Counted from the stretch's first letter, positions 27,331 to 36,555 are shown. The stretch: 40,763 nt of DNA from Chloroflexota bacterium (GCA_017881885.1 JADGQJ010000002.1:1-40763), one strand, 5' to 3'. Numbers and translations: made by a program. Notes: generated by a model not told the origin, from the sequence alone.

Positions 27331-28158
27331 ATGAGGCAGCGGGCGCTGAGCGCGCTGATCTTCGTCCCGCCGCTTCTCATCGTGCTCGCGTTCGGCGAGC
27401 CGTGGTTCGGGGTCCTCATCGCGGTCTTCGTCGTGATCGCGGCATGGGAGGCGGCCCGGCTGTTACGTGGCGCCGGGTATGAGACGGTGCCGTGGCTGGT
27501 GGTCGCGGGGGCCCTGGCCGTAGCCGCAGACGTTGCCGCTCCTGCATGGCTGGCCGGGTACGGCGATCTGCTCATTGCAGCCGTAGTCGTGGCGGCCGGG
27601 ATTGCGGCATTCGCCGAGACGGACACCAGGGTTGGCTTTGCGGCGTGGATGGCGACTGCTTTTGGCGCGATCTACGTCGGGCTGCTGGGGGCCCTTGTTC
27701 GGCTTGGGCTGGCCGGTCCCGCGGTTGCGGCGTCGGCGCCGGCAGGCCAACTCGGCGGGGAGCGTGGCTGGATCCTGCTCGTCATCCTGCTCGTCTGGTC
27801 GTACGACACCGGGGCGTATCTGGTCGGCATCGCCCTGGGCAAACGCAAGTTCCTGGCCCACATCTCGCCGTCGAAGAGCTACTGGGGTCTGTTCGGTGGG
27901 CTCGTTGCGTGCACGGCCGTCGCCGCGGCCGGGTTCTGGGCGTTCGGCCAGCCCATTGTGCTTGGGCTCGCCATGGGGCCGCTGATCGGGCTCGCGGCGC
28001 AGGCCGGGGATCTCGCCGAGTCGATGCTGAAGCGTGCCGCGGGTGAGAAGGACTCCGGCGCACTGATTCCGGGCCACGGCGGCATACTCGACCGCGTGGA
28101 CTCTTTCATCTTTGCGGCGCCCGTCGCCGCGCTCTTTGTCGCCGCACTTGTCCGCTGA
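27331..28158 (+). CDS. cdsA: Phosphatidate cytidylyltransferase
   Basis: A polytopic membrane protein with the signature SMLKRAAGEKDSGALIPGHGGILDRVDS. I placed the start at ATG 27331, after the uppS stop. Confidence 0.9.
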   Translation: MRQRALSALIFVPPLLIVLAFGEPWFGVLIAVFVVIAAWEAARLLRGAGYETVPWLVVAGALAVAADVAAPAWLAGYGDLLIAAVVVAAGIAAFAETDTRVGFAAWMATAFGAIYVGLLGALVRLGLAGPAVAASAPAGQLGGERGWILLVILLVWSYDTGAYLVGIALGKRKFLAHISPSKSYWGLFGGLVACTAVAAAGFWAFGQPIVLGLAMGPLIGLAAQAGDLAESMLKRAAGEKDSGALIPGHGGILDRVDSFIFAAPVAALFVAALVR

Positions 28159-28168
28159 GTCGGGTCTC

Positions 28169-28191
28169 GGGGCGGGCGGGGAGGGGAGGGG
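28169..28191 (+). other. G-quadruplex-forming motif: five G3-4 runs with 1-nt loops
   Basis: Read directly: GGGGcGGGcGGGGaGGGGaGGGG, in the cdsA-dxr spacer on the sense strand. Its 3' part could also act as an SD-like sequence. Confidence 0.5.
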
Positions 28192-28248
28192 TCGCTTGAC
28201 GTGGTTTGCTGCCCGAGCCGCGCACCGGGCTGCGCACGCCGTACCCCG

Positions 28249-29514
28249 ATGAGCACCTTGCCGCTGCCCATTCGCGTCGCTCTGCTCGGATCGGGCGGTT
28301 CGATCGGTCGACAGGCCGTCGACGTGCTGGCGGAGATGCCCGACGCCTTCCGCATCGTGGCCCTTGCGACGGGCTCGCAGGCAGCCCTTCTCGAAGAGCA
28401 GGCACGTCGGTTCCGGCCGGCTGTCGTCTCGTTGGCCGATGCCGGCGGGGCGGCCCGGCTCGATCTCCCCCCTGGAGTCGCGCGCCTCTCCGGAGCGGAC
28501 GCGCTCGAGGCGATCGTGGCCCGGGAAGACGTGGATCTGGTCCTGGTTGCAACCGGCGGCCTCGTCGCGTTGCGATCCGTGCTCGCCGCTCTGCGCGCGG
28601 GCAAGATCGTGGCCACGGCGAACAAGGAGACGCTCGTTGCGGGCGGGCATCTGGTGATGCCGCTCGCCCGCGCCCTGGCGGACGCGAGGGCGGCCCGGCC
28701 GGCAGCCGCGGGGTCGGCGTCGACCGGATCCGCCGCATCGGCCGGAGGCACGGCGTCGGCGGCGGATCCGCTGGCCGGACCCCTTGGCTGGCTCCGCCCG
28801 ATCGATTCGGAGCATTCGGCCATCTGGCAGTGCCTGGTCGGGGAAGAGCACCGCTCCATCGCGCGCTTGCTGCTCACAGCTTCCGGAGGGCCGTTCCTCG
28901 ATACGGAGGCCGCGGATCTCGCGAGCGTCACCCCGGAGCGTGCTCTGCGACACCCCACGTGGCGGATGGGCGCGAAGATCACGATCGACTCCGCGACGCT
29001 CGCAAATAAGGGGCTGGAGATCATCGAAGCACACTGGCTGTACGATGTTCCCTTCTCGGCCATCTCGGTCGTCATCCACCCTCAGAGCGTCGTCCACTCC
29101 GCTGTGCAGTTCGTGGATGGCTCGATCAAGGCCCAGCTCGGTGCCCCGGACATGCGACTTCCCATCCAATACGCGCTGACTTACCCGGCTCGCCGCCCAT
29201 CGCCGGCGGCCGCGGCCGATTTGATCGCCGCGGGCACGCTGGAGTTCCGTGCTCCCGATGAGGAGCGCTTCCCGGCGCTGCGAATCGCTCGCGAGGCCGG
29301 CGTGGCCGGATCTCGAGCGAGCACCGCCCTGATTTCGGCCGACGAGATCGCGGTCGCTCGATTCCTCGCCGGAACTCTGGAGTTCCAGGGGATCCCGCGC
29401 GTGCTTGGTGCGGCCGTGGAGAAGTTCGGGTCGGGAGAACCCCGCGAGCCCGGTTTGGAAGAGCTGGTAGCGCTCGACGCGCAAGTTCGTGCATTCGCGG
29501 AGGTTGTCCGGTGA
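28249..29514 (+). CDS. dxr: 1-deoxy-D-xylulose 5-phosphate reductoisomerase
   Basis: Motifs RVALLGSGGSIGRQA, ANKETLV, DSEHSAIWQC and NKGLEIIEAHWL are present. ATG 28249 gives the typical N-terminus. GTG 28201 is an alternative start. Confidence 0.93.
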   Translation: MSTLPLPIRVALLGSGGSIGRQAVDVLAEMPDAFRIVALATGSQAALLEEQARRFRPAVVSLADAGGAARLDLPPGVARLSGADALEAIVAREDVDLVLVATGGLVALRSVLAALRAGKIVATANKETLVAGGHLVMPLARALADARAARPAAAGSASTGSAASAGGTASAADPLAGPLGWLRPIDSEHSAIWQCLVGEEHRSIARLLLTASGGPFLDTEAADLASVTPERALRHPTWRMGAKITIDSATLANKGLEIIEAHWLYDVPFSAISVVIHPQSVVHSAVQFVDGSIKAQLGAPDMRLPIQYALTYPARRPSPAAAADLIAAGTLEFRAPDEERFPALRIAREAGVAGSRASTALISADEIAVARFLAGTLEFQGIPRVLGAAVEKFGSGEPREPGLEELVALDAQVRAFAEVVR

Positions 29515-30635
29515 CATTCGAGGGGATCTTCTTCTGGGTCGTGGCCGTGCTGGCGACCCTTCTGGTCCTTGGCACGCTTGTCGTCGTCCACGAGTTCGGG
29601 CATTTCATCACCGCGCGGCTGGTCGGCATTCGCGTGCTGGAGTTCGGGATCGGGTTCCCGCCGCGAGCCAAGGTGATCGGACGAGACCACGAGACCGAAT
29701 ACACGCTCAACTACCTGCCGATCGGCGGCTTCGTGCGGCTCGAGGGCGAGGAGTCCGACTCGGACGACCCCCGCGCATTCGGAAACGCTGGGTTGCCCAA
29801 GCAACTCCTGGTCCTGGTGGCCGGCGTGACGATGAACGTGATCACCGCCTTCGTGTTGTTCTTTGTCGTCGCCTGGGCGTTCAACCCCGTCGTGCGGCCG
29901 CACGTCGCCTCGGTTGTGGCCGACTCGCCGGCCGCCCTGGCCGGGATCCAGCCCGGAGACTCTCTTGCGTCCATCGACGGCCGCAGCTACTCACTGGTAG
30001 ACCTGGGCGGCGATCCGTGGTCGGCCTTCATGAACGATCTGGCCGCGCAAGAGGGCAAGTCGGTGACGCTGGTCGTGACCGACTCTTCGGGCCGACAACG
30101 GACGGCCCAGGTCCAGCTGGCCCAGCGTTCGGACTCTGGCTTCCGACCATCCGGGGAGAGCAAGGGCTACGCCCTGGGCGTCCAATTCAACTTCGGCATC
30201 GCCTACACGCAGGGTGATCCCGTAACGGCGCTCGGCACCGCGGCCTCGTCGACCGGTAAGGCGATGAGCCTGATCTGGGTGGCTCTGGGCGACCTGGGCA
30301 AGCACATCGCGACGAGTCCCACGACCGGGCCGCCCGGCGTTTCGGGACCGGTCGGGATTGCCGCAGTGGTCGGTCACACTCTGTTCGACTACGGGCCGAT
30401 CCTGCTGCTGCTTCTGGCGGCGGTTATCTCGGCAAACCTGGCGTTGCTGAACGTGCTGCCGATCCCGCCCTTCGACGGCGGCAAGATGGCCATCATGGTG
30501 ATCAAGCGCGCGTTCCGAATCCACGACGTCACCCGGCTGGAGTCGGCGATCTATCTCGTCGGCTTTGCCCTGCTGATGGCGTTCCTGGTGTGGATCAGCT
30601 ACTTCGATCTCTTAGGCCTGGGGTCTCACGGGTAG
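29511..30635 (+). CDS. rseP: RIP site-2 metalloprotease (RseP/M50 family)
   Basis: It has the HEFGHFITA zinc motif, a PDZ region and [15 protein letters not shown] overlaps the dxr stop. Confidence 0.92.
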   Translation: MTFEGIFFWVVAVLATLLVLGTLVVVHEFGHFITARLVGIRVLEFGIGFPPRAKVIGRDHETEYTLNYLPIGGFVRLEGEESDSDDPRAFGNAGLPKQLLVLVAGVTMNVITAFVLFFVVAWAFNPVVRPHVASVVADSPAALAGIQPGDSLASIDGRSYSLVDLGGDPWSAFMNDLAAQEGKSVTLVVTDSSGRQRTAQVQLAQRSDSGFRPSGESKGYALGVQFNFGIAYTQGDPVTALGTAASSTGKAMSLIWVALGDLGKHIATSPTTGPPGVSGPVGIAAVVGHTLFDYGPILLLLLAAVISANLALLNVLPIPPFDGGKMAIMVIKRAFRIHDVTRLESAIYLVGFALLMAFLVWISYFDLLGLGSHG

Positions 30636-30639
30636 CGCT

Positions 30640-31880
<1,241 letters not shown>

Positions 31881-31881
<1 letters not shown>

Positions 31882-31896
31882 CGGCTCAGTAGCCGC
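31881..31896. other. Short hairpin GCGGCT-cagt-AGCCGC at the ispG stop
   Basis: A 6-bp stem read directly. It sits at the convergence point of ispG and the minus-strand islet. There is no clear U-tract. Confidence 0.3.
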
Positions 31897-32005
31897 TGCC
31901 TCCGCCGCCCTTGTTGCACGCGGCGAGGATGAGTGGGAGTGACACAAGCACGAGCGACCATGCGTGCGTTCGTGCCCATGTGAAAGTGGACTTGAGCGTC
32001 GTCAT
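31886..32005 (-). CDS. Candidate 39-aa mini-lipoprotein / signal-peptide-only ORF (below the track length cutoff)
   Basis: Hand translation gives MTTLKSTFTWARTHAWSLVLVSLPLILAACNKGGGGSGY*. GGAG lies 7 nt upstream of the ATG. The ORF has a positively charged n-region, a hydrophobic core and a lipobox L-A-A-C. GC3 is ~77%. Competing overlapping frames exist (see findings). Confidence 0.3.
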   Translation of the reverse strand: MTTLKSTFTWARTHAWSLVLVSLPLILAACNKGGGGSGY

Positions 32006-32101
32006 CGGGAATCTCCAGCAAGGGATTCATCTTCAGTACGTCGCGCCGCCCGAACACGGCTCCGAGTTGCGGTCCGTGCGACTCGGGAGCAGCGAAGAGC
32101 C

Positions 32102-32545
32102 TCATGTCTGTGTGTCCCTCGGCGGTTGGAACTCGAAGAGGACCGCCAGCCGACCATGCGGTGCGGAGAGACCGGACAACCAGCCGGCCACTGTCGGCCA
32201 TCGCCAGAACAGGCCGGGTCTGAACACGTGCGACCGGCGCACCCAGCCGTAGCGGGCGGCTATCTGGGCCGCCCTGTCTGCAAGCGCCACGGTATCGCTC
32301 TCCGATCCGCCGTAGTTGACCGTATGCGTTTCGCCAGGTGTCGCTGGCCGGTCATACCAGACCAACTGATGACTGCCCCCGTGGCTGAGGGACAGCATGC
32401 AGAGGTGGCCGTCGGGGTCCTTCGTCTCGCAGCGGTCCCAGCGGTGCAACCCTTCGTGCGACGGCGGCCGCATGCACGTGTACGCCTCCTCGTTCGTCGC
32501 GGAGCAGCGGAACATCTTCGCCAGGTCGAATTGAGGAAAGGCCAT
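32102..32545 (-). CDS. Hypothetical Cys/His/Trp-rich protein, no family recognised
   Basis: 147 aa with an ATG start and high GC3 throughout the frame. It has 4 Cys and 5 His within residues 14-59 (C14, C24, H30, H34, C39, H47, C49, H55, H59). The SD is weak (GAGAC). The 3' third overlaps a plus-strand ORF that shares the same third-codon phase. Confidence 0.5.
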   Translation of the reverse strand: MAFPQFDLAKMFRCSATNEEAYTCMRPPSHEGLHRWDRCETKDPDGHLCMLSLSHGGSHQLVWYDRPATPGETHTVNYGGSESDTVALADRAAQIAARYGWVRRSHVFRPGLFWRWPTVAGWLSGLSAPHGRLAVLFEFQPPRDTQT

Positions 32546-32789
32546 CGATCAGTCTCATTTCTCAGCGCCCAGGAGCTCTCGCGGCTCGGACGCCGAGAGG
32601 CCGGCCACGCCCGGCATGTCCGCGCCGGAGCGATCAGGAGAGTCTGCCGCCGGTTACGCTGCGCCTTCACGGGGCGGAGCTCGGCGGTCGGGCCGATTCT
32701 AGTAGGGTCGACCCGGAAGTGGGGGCGATCCACAGCGGTTAGGATTTGAGGACACAGCCGCGCCACCGGTTCGAAATAGGAGGAACAGC

Positions 32790-34247
32790 GTGCCCAAGGA
32801 GGGTTTCGTCACCAGCATCACCCGCCAGTCCGAGGATTTCCCGGGCTGGTACAACGACGTCGTCCTGAAGGCGGAGCTGGCCGACTACTCCCCGGTTCGC
32901 GGCTGCATGATCATCCGGCCGTACGGGTACGCCATCTGGGAGTCGATGCAGGCCGAGCTCGACGGCCACATCAAGCGGACCGGCCACAGCAACGTCTACT
33001 TCCCGCTTTTCGTGCCGAAGTCGCTGCTCGAGAAGGAAGCCGCGCACGTCGAGGGCTTCAACCCCCAGGTCGCCTGGGTGACCCATGCCGGCGGGAAGGC
33101 GCTCGACGAGTGGCTGGCGATCCGGCCCACAAGCGAGGCGATCATCGCCGACAGCGTGAAGGACTGGATCCAGTCCTACCGCGACCTGCCGCTGCTGATG
33201 AACATCTGGAACAACGTCGTCCGCTGGGAGCTGCGCACCCGGCTCTTCCTTCGCACCACGGAGTTCCTCTGGCAGGAAGCACATACGTTCCACGCCACCA
33301 GCGAGGAAGCTGAGGCGGAAGTCGCGACCGGCCTCGACTGCTACGACAAGGTGTCCGAGGAGTGGCTCGCGATCCCCGTAATCAAGGGTCGCAAGACGGA
33401 CAGTGAGAAGTTCCCGGGCGCCGATTTCACGTGGTGCATCGAAGCCATGATGCGCGACAAGAAGGCGCTCCAGGCCGGGACGAGCCACATGCTCGGCCAG
33501 AACTTCGCGCGGGCGGCGGGCATCGAGTTCCTCGACCGCGATAACGTGCGCAAGCACCCCTACGGAACGTCGTGGGGCTTCTCGACCCGCATGGTCGGGG
33601 CCACGATCATGACCCACGGCGACGACTCCGGGCTGGTCCTGCCACCCAACGTCGCGCCGGTCCAGGTCGTCATCGTCCCGATATTCCGCAAGGACGAGGA
33701 GAAGGCCGCCGTAGCCGAGGCGATCGACCGCTTCCAGGCCGTGCTCGCTTCCACGCCCGAGGGCGCGAAGGTGCGGGTCAAAGTCGACTGGCGCGACGAC
33801 TCGCCCGGCTTCAAGTACAACCACTGGGAGTTGCGCGGCGTGCCGTTCCGGATGGAGATCGGGCCGCGCGATGTGGCTGCCGGACAGGCCATGCTCGTCA
33901 AGCGCGTCGATCGCTCCAAGGAGGCCGTGCCGCTGGAGCAGCTCGCGGCCGAGCTGCCCGCTCGCCTGCGCGCTTACCAGGCGGAATTGTTCGACCGCGC
34001 TCGCGATTTCCGAGATGCGAACACTCATCACGTGGACACGTACCAGCAACTCAAGGACGGGCTGGATGGCGACGGCGGCTTCTTCCTCGCGCCCTGGTGC
34101 GGCGGCGCGAAGTGCGAGCGCCAGGTCAACGAGGAGACCGGCGCCACGATCCGTTGCATCCCGTTCGACTCTCCTGCCGAGGCCGGCAAGTGCGTGGTAT
34201 GCGGCGCCGCCTCGGAGCGCCGAGTCCTGTTCGCGCGGGCATACTGA
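32790..34247 (+). CDS. proS: Proline--tRNA ligase (archaeal/eukaryote-like type)
   Basis: The N-terminus FPGWYNDVVLKAELADYSPVRGCMIIRPYGYAIWE, class II motifs, and a C-terminal Cys-rich domain ending in the conserved terminal Tyr (..FARAY) support the call. AGGAGG lies upstream of the GTG. Confidence 0.95.
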   Translation: MPKEGFVTSITRQSEDFPGWYNDVVLKAELADYSPVRGCMIIRPYGYAIWESMQAELDGHIKRTGHSNVYFPLFVPKSLLEKEAAHVEGFNPQVAWVTHAGGKALDEWLAIRPTSEAIIADSVKDWIQSYRDLPLLMNIWNNVVRWELRTRLFLRTTEFLWQEAHTFHATSEEAEAEVATGLDCYDKVSEEWLAIPVIKGRKTDSEKFPGADFTWCIEAMMRDKKALQAGTSHMLGQNFARAAGIEFLDRDNVRKHPYGTSWGFSTRMVGATIMTHGDDSGLVLPPNVAPVQVVIVPIFRKDEEKAAVAEAIDRFQAVLASTPEGAKVRVKVDWRDDSPGFKYNHWELRGVPFRMEIGPRDVAAGQAMLVKRVDRSKEAVPLEQLAAELPARLRAYQAELFDRARDFRDANTHHVDTYQQLKDGLDGDGGFFLAPWCGGAKCERQVNEETGATIRCIPFDSPAEAGKCVVCGAASERRVLFARAY

Positions 34248-34354
34248 TCGCGCCGTCTTGTCGTGCCATGCCGGCACGGAGGAGACTCACACCGCGTCCC
34301 GTCTGAGTCCGTCAACGTCATCCACCGCCAGCCGCACCGTCGCCGGAGGGGCAA

Positions 34355-34897
34355 ATGACGTCGCCAAGGGATCCGAATCAGCCGGGTTGGGGCGAGCTTC
34401 AACCGGAGACTCCGCAGCCTTGGGGAGCACTGCCGGCCGGCAGCCAGCCACCCGGCAGTCCACCCCCGGGTTGGGGCCAGCCGTCCGGTAGCCCGCCTCC
34501 CGGTTGGGGTCAACCGCAGCCCGGTTGGGGTCCACCGCCGAATCCGCCGCGGTCGTTCGTACGGCGCCACGGTTGCCTGTTGTCCTTCGTGGTCGTCCTG
34601 GGATTGGTGGCGATTCTCGTCGTCGGGTGCGTAGTCACGATCGGGCCGACGGTCGGCATGGACCTGAAGCTCATGACGGACCTCCAGCCCAACGCCAACC
34701 AGGTCGAGTTCCAGATGGTCAACGGCGGAACGACGTGGGTGATCCACGTCGCGCCGGGCCACGAGGCGCAGGCCGCCGACATGGCCTGTCGCATCGTGAA
34801 ACCGGACCTGGCCGGAACACAGTTCGCCAACGATCGGTTCCAGTTGATCGACAGCCGCGGCTTTATCCTCGCCGACCAGAACACGCCCTGTAGCTGA
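34355..34897 (+). CDS. Hypothetical single-pass membrane protein with Pro/Gly/Trp-repeat N-terminus
   Basis: 180 aa with GGAGGGG upstream. The N-terminus has a PGWG motif four times, then one TM (CLLSFVVVLGLVAILVVGCVV), then a ~90-aa C-terminal domain with 2 Cys. Confidence 0.75.
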   Translation: MTSPRDPNQPGWGELQPETPQPWGALPAGSQPPGSPPPGWGQPSGSPPPGWGQPQPGWGPPPNPPRSFVRRHGCLLSFVVVLGLVAILVVGCVVTIGPTVGMDLKLMTDLQPNANQVEFQMVNGGTTWVIHVAPGHEAQAADMACRIVKPDLAGTQFANDRFQLIDSRGFILADQNTPCS

Positions 34898-34942
34898 GAG
34901 CGGCCGCGGTGCCCGGGCCGCCCAGGGCACCAACAGCCGCTC
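34898..34942 (+). terminator. GC-rich nested stem-loop directly after the 34355..34897 stop (no U-tract)
   Basis: The outer stem is GAGCGGC/GCCGCTC and the inner stem GGTGCCC/GGGCACC, read directly. Confidence 0.35.
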
Positions 34943-35005
34943 GGCCGGCGCACCCGAACCGGTGATCTGTGCGCCCCGCCAGGGGATCCGGACAGATGGC
35001 CTCGT

Positions 35006-35034
35006 TTGGATGGCCCTGGGTCGCCGTGTATACT
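35006..35034 (+). promoter_or_regulatory. Candidate sigma70-type promoter TTGGAT-N17-TATACT upstream of nusA
   Basis: The hexamers are at 35006-11 and 35029-34 with 17-nt spacing. The -10 is near-consensus in an otherwise GC-rich spacer. Confidence 0.4.
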
Positions 35035-35058
35035 CTGGGCAATCTACCGGCCGCTCGT

Positions 35059-35086
35059 GACGTGGGTGACCCCCACGTCTTTTGTT
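35059..35086 (+). terminator. Canonical intrinsic terminator in the nusA 5' region
   Basis: An 8-bp stem GACGTGGG/CCCACGTC (35059-66 / 35072-79) with a 5-nt loop is followed by TTTTGTT (35080-86). It lies ~18 nt downstream of the predicted TSS and 60 nt upstream of the nusA start. Confidence 0.6.
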
Positions 35087-35146
35087 GAGTAGCCGGCGGG
35101 CCGAGTGACCGGTCCGCGGCCGAAATACCAGAACGGGAGGCGCGAA

Positions 35147-36481
35147 GTGAGTCGAGATTTCGTCGGCGCCCTCCTGCAGCTCAACGCCGAGAAGGGGGTC
35201 TCGCGTGAGCAGCTGATTCGGACCGTCGAGGAGGCGATCCAGTCGGCCTACCGCCGTACTCCGGGCGATGAGGACATCCATGTCCGCATCGACGCCGAGT
35301 CCGGCAAGGTTCGCGTCTTCCGGGCGCGTCTGGTCGCCGAGGAGATCGAGGATCCCGAGACGCAGATGAGCGTCGCCGATGCCCAACCGTTCCAGCCTGG
35401 AGCGGAGCCGGGCGATCTCGTCGAGACCGAGCAGCTCGATCAAGAGGCCTTCGGCCGCATCCACGCCCAAACGGCCAAGCAGGTGGTCCTGCAGCGACTG
35501 CACGAAGCTGAGCGAAACGTCGTCTTCGACAAGTACGCCAGCAGCGAAGGCGAGCTCATGACCGGCACGGTCTCGCGGATCGAGCCGCGGGCCATCATCC
35601 TCGACGTCGGCAAGGCCGAGGCGATCCTATCGACCACCGAGCAGTCGCCGCTCGAGCACTATCGGATCGGCCAGAACGTCAAGGCCTTCGTGCTGGAGGT
35701 GCGACGGAGCGCCAAGGGACCGCAGATCTACATCAGCCGGACCCACAAGGGGTTCCTGCGCCGCCTGTTCGAGCTTGAAGTGCCGGAGATCCACGGCGGC
35801 ACCGTGGAGATCAAGGCCATCGCCCGTGAAGCCGGCAGCCGTTCCAAGGTTGCCGTGGCTTCGCGCCAGGCGGGGCTCGATCCCGTCGGAGCGACCGTCG
35901 GCCAACGCGGCGCGCGCGTCCAGGCCGTCGTGGCCGAGCTTGGTGGCGAGAAGATCGACGTCATCGAATGGTCTGAGGACGCCTCGACCTTCGTCGCGAA
36001 GGCGCTGAGCCCGGCCCAGGTGATCGAAGTCAGGATCGACGAGGAACACCGCATCGCCAACGTGGTCGTGCCCGAGCGGATGCTCTCGCTGGCCATCGGC
36101 CGCGAGGGCCAGAACGCCCGTCTGGCGGCCAAGCTCACCGGCTGGCGCATCGATATCCGGAGCGACGTCTCGGTCGCCGAGGCAGCCCGGGTCGACGCCG
36201 TCCATGCCGCCGAAGCCGCTGCCGAAGAGCCTGCCCAGGCCGTCGCCGAAGAAGCCGAAACGCCGACCGAAACGCCTGTGGAAGTCGCCGTCGAGCCGGT
36301 CGCCAAGCCCAAGCGCCGAAAGGCTGCGGCGGTGGAAGCCCCCGTGGAAGCGGCGGTCGAGCCGGCTGCGGTCGAACCAGAGCCGGTCGCGGCCAAGCCC
36401 AAGCGCCGAAAGGCGGCCGCGAAGATCGAGAAGACCGAGCCTGCCGGCGAACCGGCGGTTATCGAGGAGGTACCCTCGTAG
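35147..36481 (+). CDS. nusA: Transcription termination/antitermination factor NusA with low-complexity C-terminal tail
   Basis: It has an N-terminal domain, S1 (GELMTGTVSRIEPRAIILDVGKAEAIL), KH1 (GQRGARVQAVVAELGGEKIDVIEW) and KH2 (AIGREGQNARLAAKLTGWRIDIRS). I placed the start at GTG 35147 with GGGAGG 6 nt upstream. Confidence 0.93.
   Translation: MSRDFVGALLQLNAEKGVSREQLIRTVEEAIQSAYRRTPGDEDIHVRIDAESGKVRVFRARLVAEEIEDPETQMSVADAQPFQPGAEPGDLVETEQLDQEAFGRIHAQTAKQVVLQRLHEAERNVVFDKYASSEGELMTGTVSRIEPRAIILDVGKAEAILSTTEQSPLEHYRIGQNVKAFVLEVRRSAKGPQIYISRTHKGFLRRLFELEVPEIHGGTVEIKAIAREAGSRSKVAVASRQAGLDPVGATVGQRGARVQAVVAELGGEKIDVIEWSEDASTFVAKALSPAQVIEVRIDEEHRIANVVVPERMLSLAIGREGQNARLAAKLTGWRIDIRSDVSVAEAARVDAVHAAEAAAEEPAQAVAEEAETPTETPVEVAVEPVAKPKRRKAAAVEAPVEAAVEPAAVEPEPVAAKPKRRKAAAKIEKTEPAGEPAVIEEVPS
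36293..36414 (+). repeat. Direct repeat (32-35 nt, ~90 nt apart) inside the nusA tail, encoding EPVA(A)KPKRRKAA twice
   Basis: gagccggtcgccaagcccaagcgccgaaaggc lies at 36293-36324. gagccggtcgcggccaagcccaagcgccgaaaggc lies at 36380-36414. Confidence 0.7.
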
Positions 36482-36555
36482 CCCGGGGCGCGCCTCCTCG
36501 GCGCTATCCGACCCGTTCCTGCGTCGTCTGCCGCCAGCCCCGACAGAAGCGCGAA

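Noticed and set aside
28201-28248. Upstream GTG start for dxr, as listed in the ORF track
   Set aside because: It would add MVCCPSRAPGCARRTP, which has no counterpart in Dxr proteins. ATG 28249 gives the canonical short N-terminus before the GSGGSIG NADPH-binding loop. The upstream start is kept as an alternative because GGAGGG lies 10 nt upstream of the GTG.
32027-32104. TGA recoding or selenocysteine to explain three in-frame TGA codons downstream of the 147-aa ORF
   Set aside because: TGA clearly serves as the stop codon for many well-supported genes in this window. I see no SECIS-like hairpin immediately 3' of the TGAs, and three Sec codons within 26 codons would be extraordinary. Gene decay or independent small ORFs are simpler explanations.
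31911-32252. 113-aa plus-strand ORF immediately downstream of ispG as a confident gene call
   Set aside because: It has no usable SD at TTG 31911 or ATG 31929. Its 3' 150 nt overlap the better-supported minus-strand 147-aa ORF and translate to Arg/Pro/Asn-rich sequence. It is not dismissed entirely (see the first finding), because its phase GC over 31981-32100 is compatible with coding.
32766-32776. tRNA-like T-arm string GGTTCGAAA
   Set aside because: No acceptor stem, D-arm or anticodon arm can be drawn around it, and it sits in the proS ribosome-binding region.
32546-32789. T-box leader upstream of proS
   Set aside because: An AGGAGAG and a GGGTCGACCCGG string loosely resemble stem-I and T-box elements. 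However, the essential UGGN that pairs with the tRNA 3' end is absent, and I could not build a terminator/antiterminator or SD-sequestering alternative.
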